Shown: positions 30,591 to 40,632 of the stretch, one piece after another
How positions within the stretch are numbered: position 1 is the first letter of the stretch
How the letters are laid out: the number at the start of each line of letters is the position of its first letter
Source of the DNA: Acidobacteriota bacterium
GTDB taxonomy: Bacteria > Acidobacteriota > Vicinamibacteria > Vicinamibacterales > Fen-181
Direction: 5' to 3'
DNA: 57,386 nt
NCBI GenBank assembly: GCA_025363775.1
Contig: JANYLG010000005.1
Span: 1-57,386, forward strand
Notes under the pieces: generated by a model
Database searches by the model: none
What the model saw: the letters and a program-made list of their open reading frames with translations, nothing else
Told to the model about the DNA's origin: nothing
Program-made: the position numbers and the translations under genes

Positions 30591-31981
30591 CCACGCCAGC
30601 AGACGCGCTCAAGGGATACAAGGGCCATGCGCGCGCCGCGCTCGAGCGCTGGGGCGTGCGCGTGTGGAGCGACGTGCAGCTGGAGAACGACGCCGGCAGC
30701 CAGTTCGAGGGCGTCATCCTCCCGCGGAGCGAGACCCAGGACGACCTCCACGTCGTCATCAAGCTGAAGAACGGCTACAACGTTGGCCTGCACGTGGACC
30801 GCGTCCGGTCGGTGAAGGAGGTCGGCTACAAGGAAGCCATCTACAAGATCCCGGAGAAGGAGTTCCCGCGTCGGCCCAACCTGCCGGCCGTCACATTGCT
30901 CGGCACGGGCGGGACGATTGCCTCGCGCCTCGACTACCGCACGGGCGCCGTCATCCCGGCCTTCACGCCGGGCGAACTCTACGGCGCGGTTCCCGAACTC
31001 GCCGATATCTGCAACCTGACGACGAAGAAGCTGTTCGGCGTGTTCTCGGAGAACATGGCGAAGGAGCAGTACATCGAGCTGGCGAAGGCCATCGGCGAGG
31101 AGATCGAGAACGGCGCCGATGGCATCGTGATTGGCCATGGCACCGACACGATGGGGCATACGGCCGCGATCCTGTCGTTCATGGTGCAGGACACGCCGGT
31201 GCCGATCGTGCTGGTCGGCTCGCAGCGGTCGAGCGACCGCCCGTCGAGCGACGCCGCGCTCAACCTGATTCACTCGGTACGGGCCGCCGCCTACTGCGAC
31301 ATTGCCGAGGTGCAGATCTGCATGTTCGGCCCGACATCGGACCGCTACGGCCTGCTGCACCGCGGTACGCGCTGCCGCAAGATGCACAGTTCCTACCGCA
31401 GCACGTTTCGCACGGTGGGCGACATCCCGTTGGGCACGGTCGGCCGCGACAGCTTCACCTACCTCCACTCGGACTACCGGAAGCGCGACAAGACGCGGAA
31501 GGTCAAGATCGACGCGGTGTACAACGATCGGACGACCATCCTCTACTACTACCCGGGGATGTCGCCGGACCTCGTGGACGCGCTGGTGGAGAAAGGCTAC
31601 CGCGGCATCGTCATCGCGGGCACCGGCCTGGGCCACGTCAACAAGCCGCTCTACCCGGCGCTCGAGAAGGCCATCCAGAAAGGCGTGCACGTCGTGATGA
31701 CCGTGCAGACGCTCTGGGGCTACGCGCAGATGTACGTGTACGACACGGGCCGCGACCTGCTCGAGATCGGCGTCGTGCCGCTCGACAACATGCTGCCTGA
31801 AACCGCGCTGATGAAGCTGTCGTGGGTGCTCGCCCACACCGATGATCACGGCGTGGTGCTGCGGATGATGCGGGCGGTGGTGTCTCACGAGATCACCGAC
31901 CGCGAGCCGCACAACGGGTACCTGATCATGCAGGGCGGACTCCCGGAGATCGACGAGTTCATCCTGTCGCACTGGAAATGA
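30587..31981 (+). CDS. gatD: Glu-tRNA(Gln) amidotransferase subunit D (asparaginase-like glutaminase)
   Basis: GatD-specific N-domain (EGVILPR...IKLKNGYNVG), TGGTIASRLDYRTGAV, HGTDTM, GSQRSSDRPSSDA, HRGT..RKMHSS. ATGA overlap with gatE. Confidence 0.92.
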   Translation: MTTPADALKGYKGHARAALERWGVRVWSDVQLENDAGSQFEGVILPRSETQDDLHVVIKLKNGYNVGLHVDRVRSVKEVGYKEAIYKIPEKEFPRRPNLPAVTLLGTGGTIASRLDYRTGAVIPAFTPGELYGAVPELADICNLTTKKLFGVFSENMAKEQYIELAKAIGEEIENGADGIVIGHGTDTMGHTAAILSFMVQDTPVPIVLVGSQRSSDRPSSDAALNLIHSVRAAAYCDIAEVQICMFGPTSDRYGLLHRGTRCRKMHSSYRSTFRTVGDIPLGTVGRDSFTYLHSDYRKRDKTRKVKIDAVYNDRTTILYYYPGMSPDLVDALVEKGYRGIVIAGTGLGHVNKPLYPALEKAIQKGVHVVMTVQTLWGYAQMYVYDTGRDLLEIGVVPLDNMLPETALMKLSWVLAHTDDHGVVLRMMRAVVSHEITDREPHNGYLIMQGGLPEIDEFILSHWK

Positions 31982-31990
31982 ACTCCGGCA

Positions 31991-32039
31991 GGATTCAGGA
32001 GTCAGGAGTCGGGAGTCAGGATTCGGGATTCAGGGGTCA
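31991..32039 (+). repeat. Seven-copy heptamer tandem repeat (GGAKTCR)
   Basis: GGATTCA GGAGTCA GGAGTCG GGAGTCA GGATTCG GGATTCA GGGGTCA, just after the gatD stop. Confidence 0.85.
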
Positions 32040-32051
32040 GCAGAGGCCGGA

Positions 32052-34307
32052 ATGGACTGCAATCTCCACCCTACATTTCTCCTTCTGCCCGCAGGCAGGC
32101 GCGGTTCGACGGCCTGCTGGCTGGCGTTTGGGTTCGTGCTCGTGTTTGTCGCCGTCGCGACGGCGGCGCGGCCCGTGGTCCCGGCTGACCTCTTCGGCTT
32201 GAAGGACATCGGCGAACTGCAGGTGTCCCCCGACGGCCGCACGGTGGCGCTGACCGTGATCACTACCAACCTGGCGGCCAACCGCGTGCTGTCGCAGTTG
32301 ATGACGATTGACAGCGGCGGTGGGACTCCCGCGCCGGTTCCGGGCGTCCCGGACAATCCCTCCAGCCTCCGCTGGGCTCCGACAGGCGCGCGCCTGGCCT
32401 TGATCGCCGCGGACAGCGGGGGCAGCGCCATCTGGGTGTGGGACGTCGCGAGCGGCCGCGTGGCGCGAGTCTGCAACTACAGCCGTGGCAACGGTTTTCA
32501 GTCAAAGGTGGGCAATGCGCTTGCTTGGTCTCCCGACGGGGCCCGACTGGCCTTCGTGGGCACGGCCGACCCCTCACCGCCGCCGCAGGATCCACTGGTC
32601 ATCTCCCGCCTGCAGTACAAGACACGGACCGCATTCTCGGACAACCGTCCATCGCACATTTTCGTCGTCCCGGTGGCAGGCGGCGCGCCGCGCCCTGTCA
32701 CGTCCGGGCCGTTCGACGAGCACTCGATCGCCTGGGGGGGGGACGGCCGCGAGATCGTCTTTCTCTCGAACCGAGAATCCGACCCGGACGCCAGGCTCAA
32801 CTACGACGTCTTCGCCGTGAACGTTGAGGCGGGCAGCATCCGGCGCCTGACCGAGACGCCCGGCGTCGAGTTCGAACCGCAGGTGTCTCCGGACGGTCGC
32901 TGGATCGCGTTCATGGCAACCACGCGGCCCATCACCACGATCGACAGCATCGCCGAGGATGCGCACGTCTGGGTGATGCCGGCCGGGGGCGGCAGCGCCC
33001 GGGAGCTGAACGGCGCGCTCGACCGTCGCAGCAGCACGATGCTGTGGACGCCGGACAGCCGCCGGATTGTCTACCTCGCGGCCGACCACGGAAAGACGCT
33101 CGTGATGGAGGTCACGTCGGACGGACGCGAATCGCGCACCCTGGTGGATCGCCCGGTGCACGTGTCGCTCCTCACGATGGCGCGCGACGGTTCGCTCGTG
33201 CTGGCGCTGTCGGACGCCGCCACGCCCTACGAGGTGTTTCGTCTTCGAGGACCGGGCGGCGACCTGCAGCCCCTCACGCAGTTGAACAGGGACGTCACGG
33301 CCGGCTGGACGCTGGTGGCACCCGAGACGGTGACGTTTCGGAGTGTCGATGGCACAACGATCGAAGGCTGGTTTTACCCGGCATCGGTCCCGGGCCGACG
33401 CGTCCCGATGCTGCTGACGATCCACGGCGGTCCGCACGGCGCCTTCGGGTACGCCTTCAACGGCGGCGCGCAGGTGAACGCATCGCGCGGCTACGCGACG
33501 CTCGCCCTCAACCCGCGTGGAAGCACGGGGTACGGACAGGCCTTCACGGACGGCTGCGTCGGCAACTGGGGCGGCGGCGACTACAGCGATCTCATGGCGG
33601 GCGTCGACTACATGCTGAAGACTCACCCGGACATCGATCCCGATCGGCTCGGCGTGACGGGCGGCAGCTACGGCGGGTTCATGACCAACTGGATCATCAC
33701 GCAGACCCACCGCTTCAAGGCTGCCGTGGCGGTGGCGAGCCTCTCGAACCTCACGAGCTTCTATGCGACCTCGTTGTACCAGGACCTGGTGCACGCGGAG
33801 TTCAACGGGTTCCCATGGTCCGGGGACAACTTTGCGCGGCTCTGGCAGTGGTCTCCGCTTGCACACGTGGCCGGCGTCACGACGCCCACGCTGTTCATAC
33901 ACGGTGAACAGGACAACGACGTGCACATCACGCAGGCCGAGGAGATGTACACCGCACTGCGCCGCCAGGGCGTGGACGCGGTGTTGGCGCGCTATCCGCG
34001 AGAGGGCCACGGCTTCCGCGAGCCGCAGCACTCGCTCGACCGCATGATCCGCACCCTCGACTGGTTCGACAAATACCTAGCGAGGGCCTCTTCGCAGGCG
34101 CGGAGGGGAGACCATGTTCACCGACCTCGGCCATCTGGCCGTCATGTTCCTGAAGGAGGCGCCGGACGGCAAGGCCATGGCGGCAGCTTTTTGCCCGGAC
34201 GCTCGGAGGAGTGCGACGCAGCTCCCGGGATCGATCGGCCCGCCGCCCACCACTGCCGCCCTCGACGGCACGAGGAAGCCCAAGGCGGGTGGGGTGGCAA
34301 GTGCTAG
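32052..34307 (+). CDS. S9 family peptidase (acylaminoacyl/dipeptidyl peptidase) with beta-propeller
   Basis: Signal-like N-terminus, SPDG (PD40) repeats, IHGGP, nucleophile GGSYGG, catalytic D (GEQDNDV) and H (EGHG). Atypical tail after WFDKYL. Confidence 0.92.
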   Translation: MDCNLHPTFLLLPAGRRGSTACWLAFGFVLVFVAVATAARPVVPADLFGLKDIGELQVSPDGRTVALTVITTNLAANRVLSQLMTIDSGGGTPAPVPGVPDNPSSLRWAPTGARLALIAADSGGSAIWVWDVASGRVARVCNYSRGNGFQSKVGNALAWSPDGARLAFVGTADPSPPPQDPLVISRLQYKTRTAFSDNRPSHIFVVPVAGGAPRPVTSGPFDEHSIAWGGDGREIVFLSNRESDPDARLNYDVFAVNVEAGSIRRLTETPGVEFEPQVSPDGRWIAFMATTRPITTIDSIAEDAHVWVMPAGGGSARELNGALDRRSSTMLWTPDSRRIVYLAADHGKTLVMEVTSDGRESRTLVDRPVHVSLLTMARDGSLVLALSDAATPYEVFRLRGPGGDLQPLTQLNRDVTAGWTLVAPETVTFRSVDGTTIEGWFYPASVPGRRVPMLLTIHGGPHGAFGYAFNGGAQVNASRGYATLALNPRGSTGYGQAFTDGCVGNWGGGDYSDLMAGVDYMLKTHPDIDPDRLGVTGGSYGGFMTNWIITQTHRFKAAVAVASLSNLTSFYATSLYQDLVHAEFNGFPWSGDNFARLWQWSPLAHVAGVTTPTLFIHGEQDNDVHITQAEEMYTALRRQGVDAVLARYPREGHGFREPQHSLDRMIRTLDWFDKYLARASSQARRGDHVHRPRPSGRHVPEGGAGRQGHGGSFLPGRSEECDAAPGIDRPAAHHCRPRRHEEAQGGWGGKC

Positions 34308-34349
34308 AATGCTCGAGGATCAGCCGTATCCACGCCAGTCCAGACACGC

Positions 34350-35870
<1,521 letters not shown>

Positions 35871-35920
35871 AACCTCTGGCCGGTTTTCCGTCACGCTCAG
35901 ATTGAGAGCCCGGGGTCGCC

Positions 35921-36442
35921 ATGAACTTCGAGATTGAGGTCAACGGTCAGCCGCACGCGGTCAAGGTCGAGCGCGTGGGCTCCCGCTATCGGATCGAATC
36001 GGAGGGGCGCGTGGACGTCGTGGACGTCGCTCGGGTGGATCGCACTACAATCTCGATGATCCTGGTTGGTGAACGCCAGAGCAGCCACGAGGCGACGCTG
36101 CTCGATCGGCGCGAGCCCGGCGAAGTCGAGGTCCATCTTCGCGCCGGCGTCGTGCATACCCGCGTCGCCGGCGCGCCAGGTCAACGCCGCTGGATCGCCA
36201 GCGGTGCGGTGTTCGGCGGGGCGGGCGGGCCGCAGCGCGTCACGGCTCCGATGCCGGGCAAGATCGTCAAGGTGCTGGTGAAGCCAGGCGACACGGTCGC
36301 GGCGCGGCAGGGTCTCGTCGTCATCGAGGCGATGAAGATGGAGAACGAGTTGCGGGCCGCGCGCGCGGGCCAGGTGAAAGACGTCCACGTGGCCGAAGGC
36401 GACGTGGTCGAGGCCGGGCGACTCCTGACGGTGATCGAGTGA
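35921..36442 (+). CDS. Biotin carboxyl carrier protein
   Basis: APMPG and EAMKMEN biotinylation motif. Confidence 0.95.
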   Translation: MNFEIEVNGQPHAVKVERVGSRYRIESEGRVDVVDVARVDRTTISMILVGERQSSHEATLLDRREPGEVEVHLRAGVVHTRVAGAPGQRRWIASGAVFGGAGGPQRVTAPMPGKIVKVLVKPGDTVAARQGLVVIEAMKMENELRAARAGQVKDVHVAEGDVVEAGRLLTVIE

Positions 36443-39400
36443 TCCTTTCCTCCCTCCGCCGGCGCTGGCCCGAGGCGGTCCTCCTCGTGGTGCTTGCCCT
36501 TGTCGCGTTCTACACGGGGCTGGCATGGCGGACCCTCGCAGTCGTGCTGATGGGCGGCGTGGCGATCTTCGCCGTTCGCCGGCGTGTCCGCGACCTCGCC
36601 GTGGGTGCGCTGCTCACCGTCGCCCTGCTCGTCGTCACCATCGCCATCACGTTCACCATCGACCTCGGCCAGGTGTTCGGCGGATCGGTCAAGCAGCTCG
36701 CCGAACGCTACGGGACCAAGTCCCTCGAGCGGCCGCTGCATATCGGGCGGCTTGGCATCCAGATCGCCCGCGGCCGCTTCATCGTCGAGGACCTGCGAAT
36801 CGACGGGCTCGCGCCCAAGGACACGCCGTTCTTTACGGCCAAGACGATCCTCGTGGACCTTCCCTGGTGGCAGGTCTTCAACTCGCGGGAGCTGTTCATC
36901 CGGTCGCTCGAGATGAGCGACTGGACGATCCAGCTCGAGAAGTTCGCGGACGGCGACAACCTGCCGAAGCTGAAGCTCCAGTCGAATGAGCCGCAGGGGC
37001 CGAAGCGCTTCACCACGACGCTCTACTACATGCACGCCTACCGCGGGCAGTTCACGTATATCGACCACGGCACGTGGACGACCGTGGCGCGAAACCTCGA
37101 CGTCTACCTGCGCCACAATACCGGCGAGTACCTGGGCACCGCGAGCATCTCGGACGGCATGGTGAAGATCAAGGACTACCTGCCGATGCGGTCCGACATG
37201 CGCGTGACGTTCAAGGTGGACGGCAGGCTCATCCGGCTGCCGGAGATCGTCCTTGACAGCGACGGAGCGCACTCGCTGGTCACCGGCCAAATTGACATGG
37301 CTAACTGGCCGGAGATGATTTACAACGTCGATTCCCGGGTGAACCTCTGGCGCATGCGCGAGATCTTCTTCGCGAACGAGTCGTGGCGCAGCCGCGGCGA
37401 GGCGCGCTTCACGGGGACGTTCCACCTGTTCGAGGGCGGCCACCAGCTGAAGGGCGAGTTTGCCAGCGCCCTCGCGCACGTCAACGTGTTCAGCTTTCCC
37501 GACCTGCGGGGCTCGCTCGTCTGGGAGCCGCACCGCTTCGAGGTGACGAACGCGACGGCACGGTTCTACTCCGGCCGCGCGAAGTTCCGGTACCTGATGG
37601 CGCCGCTCTCCGACCCGCGCCCGGCGGTTGCCCGCTGGGAGGTGAGCTACCAGGACGTCGACCTGCTGCAGCTCTCGGACGCCCTCCAGATGCGCGGCGT
37701 TCGGCCGCTTGGTCGGGCCAGCGGCCAGAACCTGCTCGAGTGGCCGCTCGGCGCCTTCTCGGAGCATCGCGGGCACGGGGAGGTGAGGGTGGCGCCCCCG
37801 GCCGGCCGCACGCTGCTCGCGCGCGCGCCGCAGCCCCAGGAGTCGGCGATCCACGACGAGGCGCTAGAGTACGGCCCCGAGCGCGACGTGAGTCGCTTTC
37901 CGAAGCCGACGGCGATCGGCGGCCAGTTCTCCTACCGGTTCGACCCGAAGTGGCTCATTGTCAACCCGGGTTACATGGCGACTGAGCGCACGTACGTCGA
38001 GTTCGAGGGCCGGACGGCATTCGGGGAGCAATCGCAGTTTCCGTTCTACGCCCGCAGCGCCGACTGGCAGGAGAGCGACCGCCTGCTGGCCGGCATCATC
38101 ACCGCGTTCGGATCCCCCACCGGCATCATCAGCGTCGGTGGGTTCGGCGAGTTCCAGGGGACGATGACCAAGTCGTTCAAGAACCCGCTGGTCCAGGGCC
38201 GCTTCGTCGGCGACCGCCTCCGCGCCTGGGACGTCGTGTGGGGCCGCGCGACCGGGCAGCTCTCGATCGAGAATGGGTACGTGGACGTCACGAAGGCCGT
38301 GGCGACCACCGAGGGGTCGTCGGTCGAGGCCGAGGGACGGTTCTCGCTCGGGTACCCGCGGAAGGATGGCGGGGAGGAAATCAACGCGCGGTTCGTGCTG
38401 AAGGATCGCCCGATGCGCGATCTGCGGCACGCGTTCCGGCTCGACGACTGGCCGCTCGAGGGGAAGGTCTCCGGCGAATTCAGGCTCTACGACAAGTACA
38501 CGCGGCCGTTCGGCTACGGCCGCATCGCGATCACCGATGCCGTGGCCTGGGGCGAGCCGTTCGAGAGCGCGACCGCGCCGATCCGGTTCGAGGGGCACGG
38601 CGTCAGGCTGGACGCCATGGAGATCCGCAAGAGCGGCGGGACGGTGACCGGCGCGGCGTATGTCGGCTGGGAAGGACGCTACTCGTTCAACGCGCACGGC
38701 GACCGGATTGCGCTCGACACCGTCGCCTCCGTGAAATACGGCAAGGCGGAGTGGTCTGGGCTGATGCACTTCTCCGCGACGGGCGCTTCGACCTTCCAGA
38801 GCCCTCGGTACGAGGTGCAGATGGGCGCCGACGACGTGTTCCTCGGCGAGGAAGGCATCGGCGCCGTCGCCATCCGGCTGGACGTCAAGGATCGCCTGCT
38901 CACGATCGACCAGTTCGAGGCCGCGGGGCTTGGCGTGTCGGGCTCGGGGCAGATCGAGATGTCGCCGAACCTGGATGCCGAGTTGAGCTTTCGATTCAAC
39001 AGGACACTGCTCGATCCATACGTGCGGCTCTTCGAGCCCAGGCTCTCTCCGTTCGCGCGCGCGGTCGCGAGCGGCAGCATCCGCGTCGTCGGCCAGCTGG
39101 CAAACTGGGATCGGCTGTTCGCGAGCGCGACGGTCGACGCCCTGGAGGTGAGTCTGTTCGACTACCAGATCCAGAACGACGGCCCGATCCGCCTCGCGTT
39201 CGAGAACAACGTCCTGACCGCCCAGCAACTGAAGCTGGCGGGCAAGGACACGAGGCTCGACGTGTCGGGCGGCGTGGGGCTGAAGGGCAACCGGATCGCG
39301 GTGAAGGTCTCGGGCGATGCCAACCTCGGCATCCTGCAGGCGTTCTTCCGCGACGTGCGCAGTTCGGGCCGCGCCGCGCTGCGGGGCGAGATCAACGGGT

Positions 39401-40632
39401 CGCTGAGCAAGCCGGAGTTCTCGGGCTCGGCGGAGATCGTGGACGGCCGAATCCGGCACTTTAGCCTGCCGCAGTCGCTGCAGGCGATCAACGGCCGCGT
39501 CGCTTTCGCGTCCGACGGCATCCGGCTCGAGGAGATGACGGCGCAGATCGCAGGCGGGAAGGTGCGGTTCGGCGGGCGCGTGGAGATGAATGGCTTCACG
39601 GTCGGACAGCTGAGCCTGTCGGCCACCGGCGAGAACATGGAGTTCCGCTACCCGGAGGGCTTCCGCTCGACGATCGATGCGCAGCTGGATCTGCTGGGCA
39701 CGATGGCCGCGCCGACGCTCCGGGGCGTCGTGACGGTGAAGAACGCGCTGTACGGCAAGCGCGTCGACGTCATGCCCGGACTCATCGAGCTGGTCAGCGG
39801 ATCGCGACCGGCTGGCGCCGCCCCGTCGTCGGTCGCGTCGACCATTCCGCTCCGGTTCGATATTCGTATCCAGGCCCCGTCGTCGCTCCGTATCGAGAGC
39901 AACATGGCGCACATTCTGTTGAGCGCCGACCTGGTGCTCCGCGGCAGTTACGAGCACCCGGTGCTGTTCGGGCGCGCCGAGATCGAGCGGGGCGAGGCGA
40001 TTGTGGAAGGCAAGCGCTACCTGGTCCGGCACGGCAGCCTCGATTTCACCAACCCGACGAAGATCGAGCCGTTCGTGGACATCGAGGCCGAAACGCTCAT
40101 CCGCGTCCCCGGTCAGACGTACGTGGTCAACGTGCAGCTCGCCGGCACGGTGGATCGGATGGAGCCGCAGCTGACGTCCGACCCGCCGCTCTCGCGCGTC
40201 GAGCTTCTCTCGCTCCTCTTCGGGGGGGACACGGCGCGCGCCGAGGCCCATGACGCGGAGTTGCGGACGTTGCAGCGCGAAGAGAGCCAGCGCAACCTGG
40301 CGACGTCGCGGCTGCAGCAGGCGGCTGTCGGCGTCGTGGCCGCCCCGTTCACCAGGGCGGTGGAACAGGCCTTCGGCCTGGACACGTTCCAGATCACGCC
40401 GAGCGTCGGGTACGATCCGTACCAGCGGCTCAACCCGACCGCCCGTCTGACGGTCGGCAAGCGGATTTCGAACAAGGTATACCTCACATTCTCGCGGAGC
40501 CTGAACACGCCAGGCGGGGGGGACCAGGTCATCCTGCTCGAGTATGACCAGAGCGATCGGCTGTCCTGGATTTTCTCGCGGAACGAGGACGGCACCTACG
40601 CGCTGGACGTGCGCGTGAGGCACGTATTCTGA
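36439..40632 (+). CDS. tamB: TamB/AsmA-like (DUF490) translocation-assembly or lipid-bridge protein
   Basis: N-terminal TM helices, long beta-rich body, C-terminal DUF490 pattern (SDPPLS...L.VGKRIS.K.YLT). Confidence 0.85.
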   Translation: MILSSLRRRWPEAVLLVVLALVAFYTGLAWRTLAVVLMGGVAIFAVRRRVRDLAVGALLTVALLVVTIAITFTIDLGQVFGGSVKQLAERYGTKSLERPLHIGRLGIQIARGRFIVEDLRIDGLAPKDTPFFTAKTILVDLPWWQVFNSRELFIRSLEMSDWTIQLEKFADGDNLPKLKLQSNEPQGPKRFTTTLYYMHAYRGQFTYIDHGTWTTVARNLDVYLRHNTGEYLGTASISDGMVKIKDYLPMRSDMRVTFKVDGRLIRLPEIVLDSDGAHSLVTGQIDMANWPEMIYNVDSRVNLWRMREIFFANESWRSRGEARFTGTFHLFEGGHQLKGEFASALAHVNVFSFPDLRGSLVWEPHRFEVTNATARFYSGRAKFRYLMAPLSDPRPAVARWEVSYQDVDLLQLSDALQMRGVRPLGRASGQNLLEWPLGAFSEHRGHGEVRVAPPAGRTLLARAPQPQESAIHDEALEYGPERDVSRFPKPTAIGGQFSYRFDPKWLIVNPGYMATERTYVEFEGRTAFGEQSQFPFYARSADWQESDRLLAGIITAFGSPTGIISVGGFGEFQGTMTKSFKNPLVQGRFVGDRLRAWDVVWGRATGQLSIENGYVDVTKAVATTEGSSVEAEGRFSLGYPRKDGGEEINARFVLKDRPMRDLRHAFRLDDWPLEGKVSGEFRLYDKYTRPFGYGRIAITDAVAWGEPFESATAPIRFEGHGVRLDAMEIRKSGGTVTGAAYVGWEGRYSFNAHGDRIALDTVASVKYGKAEWSGLMHFSATGASTFQSPRYEVQMGADDVFLGEEGIGAVAIRLDVKDRLLTIDQFEAAGLGVSGSGQIEMSPNLDAELSFRFNRTLLDPYVRLFEPRLSPFARAVASGSIRVVGQLANWDRLFASATVDALEVSLFDYQIQNDGPIRLAFENNVLTAQQLKLAGKDTRLDVSGGVGLKGNRIAVKVSGDANLGILQAFFRDVRSSGRAALRGEINGSLSKPEFSGSAEIVDGRIRHFSLPQSLQAINGRVAFASDGIRLEEMTAQIAGGKVRFGGRVEMNGFTVGQLSLSATGENMEFRYPEGFRSTIDAQLDLLGTMAAPTLRGVVTVKNALYGKRVDVMPGLIELVSGSRPAGAAPSSVASTIPLRFDIRIQAPSSLRIESNMAHILLSADLVLRGSYEHPVLFGRAEIERGEAIVEGKRYLVRHGSLDFTNPTKIEPFVDIEAETLIRVPGQTYVVNVQLAGTVDRMEPQLTSDPPLSRVELLSLLFGGDTARAEAHDAELRTLQREESQRNLATSRLQQAAVGVVAAPFTRAVEQAFGLDTFQITPSVGYDPYQRLNPTARLTVGKRISNKVYLTFSRSLNTPGGGDQVILLEYDQSDRLSWIFSRNEDGTYALDVRVRHVF

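Noticed and set aside
26035..32039. CRISPR array interpretation of the tandem repeats
   Set aside because: The units are 7 bp with no spacers, and no cas genes are present.
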